Counted from the stretch's first letter, positions 1 through 10,276 are shown. The stretch: 25,728 bases of DNA from Candidatus Krumholzibacteriia bacterium (GCA_046754105.1 JBHHVD010000044.1:1-25728), one strand, 5' to 3'. Notes: generated from the letters alone by a model not told the origin. Numbers and translations: made by a program.

Positions 1-2
1 CG

Positions 3-194
3 GTGCGCCAGGAACTGCCCGAGGGTTTTCAGCGCAGCGAGTTCCTGCTCGAGCGCGGTATGATCGACATGATCCGGTCCCGTGAGAAGCTGCGCGCGAC
101 CCTGGAGGAGCTACTCGGTTTTTTTTGCGCTGAGGTAGCAACCACCCCACAAGAGGCGGATAAGGATGAGGAGGAATCGTCCGCGGTTTCCTGA
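3..194 (+). CDS. accD: Acetyl-CoA carboxylase carboxyltransferase beta subunit, C-terminal fragment (truncated by window start)
   Basis: [24 protein letters not shown] matches the conserved AccD C-terminus (LPEGFQxSEFLLxHGxxD); the accD-folC order is common. Confidence 0.9.
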   Translation: MRQELPEGFQRSEFLLERGMIDMIRSREKLRATLEELLGFFCAEVATTPQEADKDEEESSAVS

Positions 195-1500
195 TACGCC
201 CGCCCGGTTGCCCCCCAACTTAACGTTCGTACTCGGAATTTCCCCGTCGGCCATGACGCTGGGCCTGGGGAACATGCGTGCGCTGCTCGCCGAGCTCGGG
301 CACCCCGAGAACAAGCTGCGCTCGGTCGTGGTGGCCGGTACCAACGGCAAGGGCTCGGTGACGGCGTACCTTTCCGCGCTGCTGGGCGCCAACGGACAGC
401 GCGTCGGCTGCTACAGCTCGCCCCACGTCTACTCGGTCAACGAGCGCATTTGCGTCGACAACGAGCCGGTGTCCGTGGAGGAGATGGAGGAGGCCGCGGC
501 ACGCATCGTCCCGTTGTACGGGCGCGTCGGCTTTAGTTATTTCGAGGCGTTGACCGCGATCGCGTTTCTGATCTTCGCCGGGCGCGATCTCGACCTCTGC
601 GTCCTCGAAACGGGTCTCGGCGGGCGCTTCGACGCGACCAACGTGGTCGACCCGGTAGTGACCGTCATCACCGGGGTCTCGCTCGACCACCGCCGCATCC
701 TTGGCGACACCGAGGAAGAGATACTCAGGGAGAAGTTGGGTATCGCGCGCGCGGGGACACCGCTCGTCCTGGGACGGCTCGCTCCGGCCCTGCAGGAGAT
801 CGTGGCCGCCAGAGCGGAGCGCGAGCGCATACCGCTCCGGCGCTTCGACGACCTGGGCCGGGTGGACGTCGCCGATATGACCTTCGACGGGATGCGCGCC
901 CGGCTGCGCACGCGCAAGCGCGACTACGGCACGGTACCGCTGCCGCTGGTCGGCGAGCACCAGGCGGCGAACGCCCTGGTGGCCGTTGCCGCTGCGGAAT
1001 ACCTGGTGGAGGATGTCGCGCACTTCGAGCGCGCGGCCGCGACCACGCGCCTTCCCGGGCGGTTCGAGGCCCGCACCGTCGCGGGCAAGACGGTGATCCT
1101 CGACGTCGCGCACAACGACGAGGCGCTCCTGGCGTCCGCGAAGACGATGGCCGCGCTGTCGGCGCCGGTTGAAAACGCGATGGTGCTCGGCATGCTGCAG
1201 CGCAAGGAGCTGCGGCGATTCCCCGCGCGGTTGCCGCGTTACTCGCGGCGCCTGTACCTGGTCGATCCCGTGCCGGGAGAATCGCTGGAGGCGCCCGCCC
1301 TCCTCGAACGGATCGGGCTTGCGAACCTGCGCGGCAAAGGGGTCGATGTTTTTGTGGAAACGAGGTTCGAATCCGGGGCACACTGGATGCGTTTTCTCGG
1401 ACAGCTTTTCGGCTCGCCGCAGCGCGTGATTCTGATTGCGGGTTCGTTTCGCACCGTCGAGGTGTTCGGACGGCGGCTGCAGGATCGGGAGTGGGTATGA
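166..1500 (+). CDS. folC: Folylpolyglutamate synthase/dihydrofolate synthase (start codon uncertain)
   Basis: Motifs [33 protein letters not shown], HQxxN, PGRFE, DVAHN. Confidence 0.92.
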   Translation: MRRNRPRFPDTPARLPPNLTFVLGISPSAMTLGLGNMRALLAELGHPENKLRSVVVAGTNGKGSVTAYLSALLGANGQRVGCYSSPHVYSVNERICVDNEPVSVEEMEEAAARIVPLYGRVGFSYFEALTAIAFLIFAGRDLDLCVLETGLGGRFDATNVVDPVVTVITGVSLDHRRILGDTEEEILREKLGIARAGTPLVLGRLAPALQEIVAARAERERIPLRRFDDLGRVDVADMTFDGMRARLRTRKRDYGTVPLPLVGEHQAANALVAVAAAEYLVEDVAHFERAAATTRLPGRFEARTVAGKTVILDVAHNDEALLASAKTMAALSAPVENAMVLGMLQRKELRRFPARLPRYSRRLYLVDPVPGESLEAPALLERIGLANLRGKGVDVFVETRFESGAHWMRFLGQLFGSPQRVILIAGSFRTVEVFGRRLQDREWV

Positions 1501-2444
1501 GCGCGTTCGTGGGTATCGACATCGGCGGCACCAATACCAAGCTCGCCGTCCTCGACGGGCGCGGCCGGATCGTGGCGCGTGACATGGTCGAGACAAATAC
1601 GATAGAAGGGCCCGTGACGCTGTTTCGCAGACTGGCGCTGCACCTGCCCGGCCTGGTCGGGCGGCGGCGCACGGTGGCGGCGGCGGGTGTGGGCTGCGCC
1701 GGTCTCATAGACGGACGCGGCAGGGTACGTGTTTCGCCAAACCTGCCCGGGTGGGAGAACACCGACCTGGCACGGATCGCAACCCGTCATCTCGGGGTAT
1801 CCGTACGTGTGGACAACGACGCCAACTCCGCCGCCTACGGCGAATACCGCAAGGGCTGCGGAGAGCGCTGCCGTATGCTGGTCTGCATCACGCTGGGGAC
1901 CGGTGTCGGCGGCGGTATCGTGGATCGCGGCCGCATCCTGAGGGGCGCGAGCAACTTCGCGGCGGAGATCGGGCACATGACCATCCAGCGCAACGGCCGC
2001 CGATGCAAGTGCGGCAACCGGGGATGCCTGGAGGCGTACGTGGGCGCGGACGCACTGGTGGACCGCGCGAGGAGGCTGCTCGCGAAGCGGGGAAGCGGCA
2101 GGCTCGACCGTGGAGCGGTCCTCACCCCGAAGATCATCGCGATGGCGGCGCGGCACGAGGATCCGGTGGCCAAGGAAGTATTCGAAGGCGCCGCACGCAG
2201 TCTCGGCACCGCCCTCGGCTCGGTGGTCAACCTGCTCAACCCCGACGTGATCGCCCTGGCCGGCGGCGTGGCCTCGGGATTCGACCTGATGCGCAAGTCG
2301 ATACGAGAAGAGGTCGCCGCGCGGGCGTTTGTGGACGCGGCACGGGCGGTTACGATCCGCAAGGCGACGCTGGGCAACGACGCCGCCGCGGTTGGTGCCG
2401 CGCTGCTGGCGCAAGACATGACCCGCACCGCGCGAGGTCGCTGA
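1497..2444 (+). CDS. ROK family sugar kinase (glucokinase-like)
   Basis: GIDIGGT, DNDAN, TLGTGVGGG, EIGH and Zn motif CKCGNRGCLE; ATG at 1497 overlaps the folC stop (ATGA). Confidence 0.9.
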   Translation: MSAFVGIDIGGTNTKLAVLDGRGRIVARDMVETNTIEGPVTLFRRLALHLPGLVGRRRTVAAAGVGCAGLIDGRGRVRVSPNLPGWENTDLARIATRHLGVSVRVDNDANSAAYGEYRKGCGERCRMLVCITLGTGVGGGIVDRGRILRGASNFAAEIGHMTIQRNGRRCKCGNRGCLEAYVGADALVDRARRLLAKRGSGRLDRGAVLTPKIIAMAARHEDPVAKEVFEGAARSLGTALGSVVNLLNPDVIALAGGVASGFDLMRKSIREEVAARAFVDAARAVTIRKATLGNDAAAVGAALLAQDMTRTARGR

Positions 2445-2457
2445 AAGGGAATCCGAG

Positions 2458-5400
2458 TTGCGGTTCAAGAAACAAACCTTTCTCCTCCTGCTCTCCCTCC
2501 CCCTCTACCTGCCGGTTGCAGGCATTTCCCAACAAGACACGCCGGCGCGCTCCGCAAGACGGGACAGCAGCTACCACCTGAAATCGGGGGGCACGGGATC
2601 GCTGCGGGTGATCGACGGAGAGCGCGTCATCATGCTCGAAGACGGGGTCGTGATCACGCACGGCAACGCCCGCATCACGAGCCGGCGTGGACGGCAGTAC
2701 ACACGGCGCCGGGTAACGGTGCTGATGGGCGACGTCAACATCGACCAGGAAGACGTCCACATGGAGGGCGACGAGGGCGAGTATCACCGCTTCGAGGACA
2801 GGGCGATCCTCAGGGGCAACGTGAAGATCCTCGACGCCGGCTGGGAGATTCGCTGCGACGAGGCGATTTTCTTCCGAACCAGGGAGTACGCGTGGTTGAA
2901 GGGCAACGTCGTAGCCGTCGACTCGGCTACGACGCTGCGCGCGGACAGCCTCTTCTACGACCGCGAGAACCTGACCGCTGAAGTGTTCGGCGACGTCAGC
3001 ATCGAGAACCAGGACGAAGGTATCCGCGCCATGGGGCGGCACGGGTTCTATTACCGGAGGGCGATGGAGGGCATCCTCGACCGCCTGCCGCGGCTCATCG
3101 TGGATCCCGGCAGCCGGGAGCCGACCAACGTCGTGGCCGACACCATGCGGTTCTACCCGGACAGTGACCGCGCCGTCGCCGCCGGCAGGGTGAAGATCGT
3201 AAAGGGTCACACGGTGACCCAGTGCGATTCGGCGGTGCTGATCGACGAGGCGAGCCTCGTAGAGCTGTATGGCAATCCGCTGGCCAAAAAGGACAACGTG
3301 TCGATGCAGGGAACCCGCATGACCCTCCATTATAACGAGGAGGAAGTCGACCGCATCGCAATCGTGGGCGAGGCGAACATCACAGAAACGGCCGTCGACC
3401 GGCTGGTCACGGGACGCGACAGCTGGGTCAAGGGCGATTCGATGATTCTCTTCGTGAGCGACAACCGGCTGGATTCGATCCGCGTGGATGGCAACGCTGC
3501 CAGCGACTACTATCCAAGGAGCGCGAACCGCGTAGAGCGCAATTCCGCCGAGGGCGAGCGCATGTTCTTTGAGTTCGAGAAAGACTCCCTTCAGTTTGTC
3601 AGCGTTGCGGGCAAAGCCGAAGGGGTGTACCGCTACGTGAACCTGGGACGCAATGAAACCGCGGATTCCCTCAGGTGGCTGGCGGACACGACACTGGTAT
3701 ACGTGCCCTTCGCCGAGAACGCAAAGACGGTGGCCTACGCCGCGGACTCGGTCGAGTACTACGCCCGCGAACGCGACATGGTACTCGACGACAAGGCGAG
3801 GGTGAATTATGAGGGCCGAACGCTGCTCGGTGACCACATCACCTACAACGCGGACCTGCAGCTGCTCGACGCCACGGGCGCACCGGTGCTGATCGAGGAA
3901 CCGGACAAGTTCTACGGGAATCGCATGAATTACGATCTCGAGACCGGCGTGGGCCTGGTTCAGGAGGGGTCGACGAAATTCATGGAGGGCTACTACACTG
4001 GGAACGAGATTGCCAAGGTCGGAGAGGACGTGCTCAAAGTGTGGGATTCGAGTTATACGACGTGCGATCGCAAGGTGCCTCATTATCATTTCAAAAGCAA
4101 CCAGATGAAGGTGTACCTGGACGACAAGGTGGTCTCCGGGCCGATTGCCCTGTATATCGGCGAGACGCCGATCGCTTTTCTGCCCTTTTTCGCCCAGAAC
4201 ATCCGCCGCGGCCGCCGCTCCGGCATCCTGCGGCCCGACTTCGAATTCGGGATCACAAGCACCGGGACCCGTTTCATTCGCGACATCGGGTACTACTGGG
4301 CCACGAACGACTATACCGATTTTCTCTTCAGCGGGGACTTCAACGAGCGCGAGTCACTGCGGTTCCGCATGAACAATCGCTACCGGCTCCGCTACAAGTT
4401 CAACGGGCGCGTTGACTTTTCGTATTTCCGCGACCTGAGAAATCCACGTACCCAGTGGACGTTCTCCTCCGACCACTCACAGACGCTCGGCGAGAAGTTC
4501 TCGCTCACCAGCAACTTGAACTTCGTTAGCAGCGACGAGGCCTCACGCGCGGTGAGCAACCTCGACGACGTGGCCAACGTCATCAACCGCCGCATCGAGT
4601 CGCGGCTGAGCCTGCGCAAGTCCTGGGACACGGTGGGCTTCAGCGCCTCGGCGCGGAGGGTTGAGAACCTCGATATCACCGACCCCGGCGCGACGAAGGT
4701 CAGCACGACGCTGCCCGACGTGTCGCTGTCGATTCCCTCGCGCTCGCTGTTTTTCGGCGAGAAGACCAGGAGCGGGGACAAGCCGTTTCTCGAAACCCTC
4801 CTCGACGGGATTCGCTATTCTCCGGGTGTGTCCTTCAAACGCGACACGCGTGAGCGCATCAACGACTTCACGGAAACCATCACCAGCAACCAGTCGCTGA
4901 GCTTCTCGAGCCCGCGTAAGATCGGTTTTCTCAACGTTTCCCCCAATTTGTCGACGCGGAACAGCTACACGCGCACCGCGACCGAAGTGGATGAGCACTT
5001 CGACATCGACAACGCGATGGTTCCGCCCGACACGACGCTCGTCCCGGCCAGCCGCACGGTCGATACGGAGAACGAGTTCAGGTGGTCGACCGGCGCCTCG
5101 GTCCGCAGCAACTTCTACGGCACTTTCTATCCGGAGATCGGCGCGCTCAGGGGCATTCGTCACACGCTGACCCCCTCGGTCAGTTACTCGTTTCAGCCTT
5201 CGGTCGGCGGGCGGCCCTCGAACCAGAGCTTCTCGGTGGGTGTGACCAATTCGATCGACCTCAAGGTACGAGGAAAGGACGATGATTCAGAAGACCGCAA
5301 GCTCTCCGCCGTCGTCATCTGGGCGCTCAGCTCCGGGTACAACCCCGACGCGCCGAGCAAGCAGGGCTGGAGCAACATTCTCAGCCGCGTCAACACGAGA

Positions 5401-5973
5401 CTGTTCGGTACGACGATATCCTTCAACCAGACCATCGATCCATACCAGCTGGAGGTAAAGAGCACGACCGTAACCTCCGGGTTCAGCATTCGTGGCACGC
5501 ATAGTTTTGGAACGTCGGCCAAGGCGGCCGCGGTGGAGTTGAACGTCGCCGCGTCGGATACGGCGCAGGCGTCGTTCGACGACCAGGAGGAAAGCGGGGA
5601 TGACCGGGCACCGGAGACCACGAAGCCCGGCGGCAAGGGCCTGCCGTGGGGAGTTTCGGGTTCGTTCAGTTATAACAAGACCCAGTTCGGCGACCCGCGC
5701 TCGACACTCAACGTGACGAGCAACTTCACGCTGACCCGCGGGTGGCGCGTCACCTACAACGCGAATTACGACGTCGAAGCGCGCGATCTCTTCGGCCAGC
5801 GTTTCACGGTCCACCGTGACCTGCATTGTTGGGAGATATCGTTTACGCGCCAACAACTCGTCGACGAATGGGAGTTTTATTTCCGCATCAACATCATTGC
5901 GCACCCGGAAATCTACGCGGAGAAAGGGCGAAGGGGTCTTGGTGGCAGCGGCGGCTTCACGTCGCCGTTCTAG
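2458..5973 (+). CDS. lptD: LPS assembly protein LptD with an extended N-terminal OstA/LptA-like beta-jellyroll region
   Basis: Signal-peptide-like N-terminus; repeated GNV/ADS jellyroll patterns; YTTCDxxxPHY; RRSGILxP; amphipathic barrel strands; C-terminal RDLHCWE. Confidence 0.82.
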   Translation: MRFKKQTFLLLLSLPLYLPVAGISQQDTPARSARRDSSYHLKSGGTGSLRVIDGERVIMLEDGVVITHGNARITSRRGRQYTRRRVTVLMGDVNIDQEDVHMEGDEGEYHRFEDRAILRGNVKILDAGWEIRCDEAIFFRTREYAWLKGNVVAVDSATTLRADSLFYDRENLTAEVFGDVSIENQDEGIRAMGRHGFYYRRAMEGILDRLPRLIVDPGSREPTNVVADTMRFYPDSDRAVAAGRVKIVKGHTVTQCDSAVLIDEASLVELYGNPLAKKDNVSMQGTRMTLHYNEEEVDRIAIVGEANITETAVDRLVTGRDSWVKGDSMILFVSDNRLDSIRVDGNAASDYYPRSANRVERNSAEGERMFFEFEKDSLQFVSVAGKAEGVYRYVNLGRNETADSLRWLADTTLVYVPFAENAKTVAYAADSVEYYARERDMVLDDKARVNYEGRTLLGDHITYNADLQLLDATGAPVLIEEPDKFYGNRMNYDLETGVGLVQEGSTKFMEGYYTGNEIAKVGEDVLKVWDSSYTTCDRKVPHYHFKSNQMKVYLDDKVVSGPIALYIGETPIAFLPFFAQNIRRGRRSGILRPDFEFGITSTGTRFIRDIGYYWATNDYTDFLFSGDFNERESLRFRMNNRYRLRYKFNGRVDFSYFRDLRNPRTQWTFSSDHSQTLGEKFSLTSNLNFVSSDEASRAVSNLDDVANVINRRIESRLSLRKSWDTVGFSASARRVENLDITDPGATKVSTTLPDVSLSIPSRSLFFGEKTRSGDKPFLETLLDGIRYSPGVSFKRDTRERINDFTETITSNQSLSFSSPRKIGFLNVSPNLSTRNSYTRTATEVDEHFDIDNAMVPPDTTLVPASRTVDTENEFRWSTGASVRSNFYGTFYPEIGALRGIRHTLTPSVSYSFQPSVGGRPSNQSFSVGVTNSIDLKVRGKDDDSEDRKLSAVVIWALSSGYNPDAPSKQGWSNILSRVNTRLFGTTISFNQTIDPYQLEVKSTTVTSGFSIRGTHSFGTSAKAAAVELNVAASDTAQASFDDQEESGDDRAPETTKPGGKGLPWGVSGSFSYNKTQFGDPRSTLNVTSNFTLTRGWRVTYNANYDVEARDLFGQRFTVHRDLHCWEISFTRQQLVDEWEFYFRINIIAHPEIYAEKGRRGLGGSGGFTSPF

Positions 5974-6064
5974 CCCACCGCGGCCGTATGGTCACAACCG
6001 ATTGCGACCTGTTTTAGAATGCGGGAAAATCGGCATTGGTATGGGCAAAAACTGAGAATACTTG

Positions 6065-6094
6065 TTGACAGATTTTTTGGGGAACGGCTAAAGT
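6065..6094 (+). promoter_or_regulatory. Sigma70-type promoter of HU gene
   Basis: TTGACA (6065-6070), 18 nt, TAAAGT (6089-6094); SD AGGAGG just before GTG at 6124. Confidence 0.6.
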
Positions 6095-6123
6095 GCCGAT
6101 AAACAGAGGAAGGAGGTGTTCGA

Positions 6124-6417
6124 GTGAACAAGACAGAACTAGTCGAAAAGGTCGCCAAGAAAACCGGGCTTACGCTGAAGGACTCCAAAGTCGTTGTGGA
6201 CGCGATTTTTAGCACCGTCCCCAAAGAAGGTATTATTGCATCAGAGCTCAACGCAGGACGCAGGGTCCAGATCACCGGTTTTGGCACCTTCCAGATTCGG
6301 AAGCGGAAGAAGCGCGAGGGCAGGAATCCCCAGACCGGAGAGCCGATCGAGATCCCGGCGTCGCGGTTCCCCGCTTTTTCATCTGGTCGCGCACTCAAGG
6401 ATCGTATCCGCAAGTAG
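6124..6417 (+). CDS. hup: HU family DNA-binding protein
   Basis: MNKTELV...VQITGFGTF...REGRNPQTGEPIEIPA...PAF; strong SD. Confidence 0.95.
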   Translation: MNKTELVEKVAKKTGLTLKDSKVVVDAIFSTVPKEGIIASELNAGRRVQITGFGTFQIRKRKKREGRNPQTGEPIEIPASRFPAFSSGRALKDRIRK

Positions 6418-6438
6418 TTGCAAGCTTGACGGATTGGT

Positions 6439-6470
6439 AAAAAGGCGGGGCGTTTGCCCCGCCTTTTTTT
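6439..6470 (+). terminator. Rho-independent terminator, probably bidirectional
   Basis: AAAAA-GGCGGGGC-GTTT-GCCCCGCC-TTTTTTT about 20 nt after the HU stop. Confidence 0.9.
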
Positions 6471-6528
6471 GGTGGGTGGTGCATGCAAATGATTGTCAGA
6501 CAAAGTGTTACAAGGATGCCGAACGGGT

Positions 6529-6557
6529 TTGCCCCCGCCGGCCCCATCCGGTATTTT
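6529..6557 (+). promoter_or_regulatory. Putative sigma70 promoter (possible leaderless transcript)
   Basis: TTGCCC, 17 nt, TATTTT; predicted +1 falls at ATG 6564. Confidence 0.35.
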
Positions 6558-6563
6558 AAACGT

Positions 6564-7376
6564 ATGACGAAACGCGCAATGATACCCCGACGCGCCCGGC
6601 GTGTGCTCATCACGGCGGTACTGGTGTCGATATTCGCAGCCGCGCCGGCGGCCGCGGTCGAGGATTTTCTGGTGCCCGGCGTCGACCTCACCGCCCTGGC
6701 CTTCGAGGAGGGCGCGTGGTGCCGCTACGTGGTGACGGATGAAGCCCTGGGTCAGGTGGACTCGACTGAGGTCTACATCGGGGTGCCTGCGGCCGTGGAG
6801 ACGGAGTCCGGCCGGGCGTACTGGGTGGAAATCGAATCGTCCCCCCGGGGCGCCGGCGCCGAGGAGCGCGAAATCATGAAACTGCTGGTCCTGGAGGCGA
6901 TCAGCGGGTTTGCCAACGGTGATTCGCTCTCCCACTACGTGCTGGAGTTGTACATAAAAAGCGGTGGCCGGCCCGCGGAGGCAGAAGACCCAATGGAACT
7001 TACGGATGTCTCTTTGACCTCCAGTGCGGGCGACTCGTCGTGGGTGACGAGCGATACGCTGGCCGTGGTCACGGCGGGCGGGAAATTTCGCTGTGTCAAG
7101 AAGGAGAGGTCGCTGGCGAGCCGACGAGAGATACCCACGGGCAACATCAAGCTGATCAAGACGGCTCGCGACGCGTACGCGGTCTGGTTTTCGACCGAGA
7201 TACCGGTGCTGCATCTGGTCAAATGCGAGATCGAACGCATGCGCGAGACGGACACGGTGCCGCGGATTTCCGGTATCCCCGCCGGTGGGCGCAAGGAGTC
7301 ACGGACGACGGCGGAAATCATCGCCTACGGCCACGACGCCAGGACTCTTCTGCCGATCGCTCGCCGCCGCCAGTAA
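6564..7376 (+). CDS. Secreted hypothetical protein (alternative start 6579)
   Basis: Signal peptide RRARRVLITAVLVSIFAAAPAAA; beta-rich; VVTAGGKFRC motif; fills the gap between terminator and next promoter. Confidence 0.75.
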   Translation: MTKRAMIPRRARRVLITAVLVSIFAAAPAAAVEDFLVPGVDLTALAFEEGAWCRYVVTDEALGQVDSTEVYIGVPAAVETESGRAYWVEIESSPRGAGAEEREIMKLLVLEAISGFANGDSLSHYVLELYIKSGGRPAEAEDPMELTDVSLTSSAGDSSWVTSDTLAVVTAGGKFRCVKKERSLASRREIPTGNIKLIKTARDAYAVWFSTEIPVLHLVKCEIERMRETDTVPRISGIPAGGRKESRTTAEIIAYGHDARTLLPIARRRQ

Positions 7377-7397
7377 TCGCGCCGGCGGCCGCGTCGG

Positions 7398-7426
7398 TTG
7401 ACACGTAGAAATTGCTCTGTTATAAA
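7398..7426 (+). promoter_or_regulatory. Sigma70 promoter of the cystathionine operon
   Basis: TTGACA (7398-7403), 17 nt, TATAAA (7421-7426), with extended -10 TG. Confidence 0.8.
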
Positions 7427-7498
7427 GGAATTAGTGCCGCCCGCAAGGCGTGTTCCCCGCCCGGCGCGGCGATTCAATCTTAACAATCGAGAAGGCCA

Positions 7499-8893
7499 AT
7501 GCCGGAGCGTCTTTCACAAGTCAAGTATTCAAAGAACGTCCTCGAGACCATCGGGGACACGCCGCTGATCAGGCTCAACAACGTGACCAAAGGTGTGAAA
7601 GCCACGGTTCTCGCCAAGGCGGAGTGCTACAACCCGGGGGGAAGTGTTAAGGATCGCATCGGTGTCAAGATGATCGAGGACGCCGTCGAGCGGGGAGAGC
7701 TCAAACCGGGCGGAACGATCGTGGAATGCACGTCGGGTAACACCGGGGTCGGGCTCGCGCTCGTGGCTGCGGTGATGGGGTACAAAGCGGTCTTCACGAT
7801 GCCCGACAAGATGAGCCAGGAAAAGATCCGTCTGCTCAAGTCGTTCGGCGCCGACGTGATTACGTGTCCGACGGCCGTGCCGCCGGAATCGGAAGAGAGC
7901 TACTACTCCGTCGCCAAACGAATCGTGGAACAGACCCCGAACGCGCTGCTGGCCAACCAGTATTTCAACCCGGTGAACCCGCGCGCGCATTACGAAACCA
8001 CCGGCCCCGAGATATGGAAGGACACCGGCGGTAAGATCGATTACTTCGTTGCCGGCGTCGGTACCGGCGGCACGATCAGCGGCGTGGGGCGCTATCTCAA
8101 GGAGCAGAACCCGTCGGTCCGCATCGTCGGCGCCGACCCTGAGGGAAGCATTCTGCGCGATTTCTTCTACACGAAGAAAACGGGCACGGCGCATCCGTAC
8201 CTCGTCGAGGGGATCGGCGAAGACATCGTGCCGAGCGCGTTCGAATACCAGTACGTAGATGACATCATCACGGTCGGCGATCGAGAATCGTTCAACATGG
8301 CCCGCCGGTTGTCGCGCGAGGAGGGGCTCATGGTGGGCGGATCGTGCGGTTCGGCGGTCGCAGTCGCCCTCGAAGTCGCGCGCACGCTCGGCGAGGACAA
8401 GATCGTGGTCGTACTGCTTCCGGACTCCGGAGAGAGATACCTGTCCAAGTTCCACTCCGACGAGTGGATGCGCGAGAACCGGATGCTGGATACGAAGCAG
8501 CTCACCGTCGGCGATTTTCTCGAGGCCAAGTCAACGGAGATACCACCGGTTGCCTACGTGAAGGTCACGGACAGCGTGCACGCGGCACTGGCACAGATGA
8601 AGGAATTCGGTGTGACCCAGCTGCCCGTGAAGCGGGACGAGGATTGGACCGGCAGGGTGTCCGAAGGGGAGCTGCTCGATCGGCTGCTCGCCGGAAAAGT
8701 GACCGGAGACGATACGGTCGAGGCACTCATGGAGGATCCGTTCCCCGTCTTGAGCATCGACGCCCACTACGCCGACGCCCTCAAGCTGTTTTCCAAGGGG
8801 ACCATGGCGATCCTGGTCGTGGAGGACGGCGGGACGCGGGGGATTTTGACGAAGGCCGACCTCGTCGAGTACATGCTCTCCGAAATCGGATGA
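7499..8893 (+). CDS. cbs: Cystathionine beta-synthase (PLP fold II plus C-terminal CBS domain pair)
   Basis: IGDTPLIRL, NPGGSVKDRIG (PLP Lys), TSGNTG, GVGTGGT, YLVEGIGED, PDSGERYLSK, then a CBS pair (QLPV...GILTKADL). Confidence 0.88.
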   Translation: MPERLSQVKYSKNVLETIGDTPLIRLNNVTKGVKATVLAKAECYNPGGSVKDRIGVKMIEDAVERGELKPGGTIVECTSGNTGVGLALVAAVMGYKAVFTMPDKMSQEKIRLLKSFGADVITCPTAVPPESEESYYSVAKRIVEQTPNALLANQYFNPVNPRAHYETTGPEIWKDTGGKIDYFVAGVGTGGTISGVGRYLKEQNPSVRIVGADPEGSILRDFFYTKKTGTAHPYLVEGIGEDIVPSAFEYQYVDDIITVGDRESFNMARRLSREEGLMVGGSCGSAVAVALEVARTLGEDKIVVVLLPDSGERYLSKFHSDEWMRENRMLDTKQLTVGDFLEAKSTEIPPVAYVKVTDSVHAALAQMKEFGVTQLPVKRDEDWTGRVSEGELLDRLLAGKVTGDDTVEALMEDPFPVLSIDAHYADALKLFSKGTMAILVVEDGGTRGILTKADLVEYMLSEIG

Positions 8894-9008
8894 CGGCGCC
8901 GCGCACGATACGGCCCGACGGACTCGCCCGCTCTCAAGCAATTATCTTGCTCAATTACAGTAACTTATGCGCTCTTCACGGCGCGGAGCGTTGACAGGGA
9001 GGTACGTT

Positions 9009-10145
9009 ATGGGATTCTCGACCGACGCCGTACACGGCGGCCAGTCTTCGGAGCCGAACACCGGCGCCGTCATGCAACCGATTTTTCAAACGTCGACGTA
9101 CGAGCAGGACGGTCTCGGCAAACACCGGGGGTACGAGTACGCCCGCACACAGAACCCCACGCGTGAAGCGCTCGAGCGCAACATCGCCGTGCTGGAAAAG
9201 GGCAGGTTTGGCATCGCGTACGCGTCCGGTTTGTCCGCCATTTCCGCGATTCTATATCAATTCAAACAGGGCGACGAGATCCTGGTCACCGACAACGTTT
9301 ACGGCGGCACGTACCGCCTCGCCGACCAGGTACTGAAGAACTACGGGTTGAAGTTCAAGTTCGTGGATACCGCGAACGTGGAGATGCTGGAAGCGGCGTT
9401 GTCCGAGCAGACGAAGCTAGTGTTCATCGAGACGCCGACCAACCCCATGTTGAGAGTCACGGATCTCGAAGCGGCCGCACGGCTCGCGCACGATCGGGGT
9501 GCGCTGCTCGCGGTGGACAACACGTTCATGAGCCCGTATTTCCAGACGCCGTTCGATCTCGGTGCGGATATTGTCGTTCACAGCACGACGAAATACCTGA
9601 ACGGCCACAGCGACATGGTGGGTGGAATCGTCGTAGTGAACGACGGGACGCTGGCCGAGAGGTTTCATTTTCTGCAGAACGCCGTGGGAGCGGTGCCGGG
9701 GCCGTTCGACTGCTGGCTGGCGCTCCGCGGTACCAAGACACTCGCCCTGCGCATGCGCCAGACCGAGGCGAACGCGCGCCACCTGGCGGCGTTTCTCTCG
9801 GGGCATGCGGCCATCGACAAGCTCTATTACCCGGGCTTGCCGGACCACCCGCAGCACGAACTCCAGAAGAGGCAGTCGCGAGGTTTTGGTGGAATGATTT
9901 CGTTCGACGTGGGATCGCAGGAACGCGCCGCTCGCGTAATGGAAGAGACGCGCGTCTTCACGCTGGCGGAAAGCCTCGGTGGCGTCGAAAGCCTCATCAG
10001 CCACCCGGCGTCGATGACACACGGAAGTGTGCCAAAGGCAGAACGCGATCGCATGGGGATTACCGAGGGACTGGTTCGCATTTCCGTCGGCATCGAAGAC
10101 GTCGAAGACCTTGAAGCGGATTTGCAACACGCACTGAAACTGTAA
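9009..10145 (+). CDS. Cystathionine gamma-lyase/gamma-synthase (Cys/Met metabolism PLP enzyme)
   Basis: PIFQTSTY, YEYARTQNPT, YGGT, ETPTNP, DNTF, HSTTKYLNGHSD, LAESLGGVESL, RISVGIED; SD GGGAGG before ATG 9009. Confidence 0.92.
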   Translation: MGFSTDAVHGGQSSEPNTGAVMQPIFQTSTYEQDGLGKHRGYEYARTQNPTREALERNIAVLEKGRFGIAYASGLSAISAILYQFKQGDEILVTDNVYGGTYRLADQVLKNYGLKFKFVDTANVEMLEAALSEQTKLVFIETPTNPMLRVTDLEAAARLAHDRGALLAVDNTFMSPYFQTPFDLGADIVVHSTTKYLNGHSDMVGGIVVVNDGTLAERFHFLQNAVGAVPGPFDCWLALRGTKTLALRMRQTEANARHLAAFLSGHAAIDKLYYPGLPDHPQHELQKRQSRGFGGMISFDVGSQERAARVMEETRVFTLAESLGGVESLISHPASMTHGSVPKAERDRMGITEGLVRISVGIEDVEDLEADLQHALKL

Positions 10146-10276
10146 GTTTCCGGTCGCGATACGTTGAATGATTTTTTTGTTCGTTGCGTCTTGCGCAACG
10201 GGGCATATTGGTATATATTTCTATTGTTGCTGCCTTCATTATCCACCGTTTTTTCGAACTGACCCGCATTTTGTGC

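Noticed and set aside
220..4089. Long antisense ORFs (220-1596, 1239-2468, 2350-4089)
   Set aside because: Shadow frames of well-supported + strand genes in GC-rich DNA; no motifs
7433..7498. Small GCAA-loop hairpin in the cbs leader as a SAM/SAH riboswitch
   Set aside because: Leader is short and lacks the SAM or SAH riboswitch consensus elements I know
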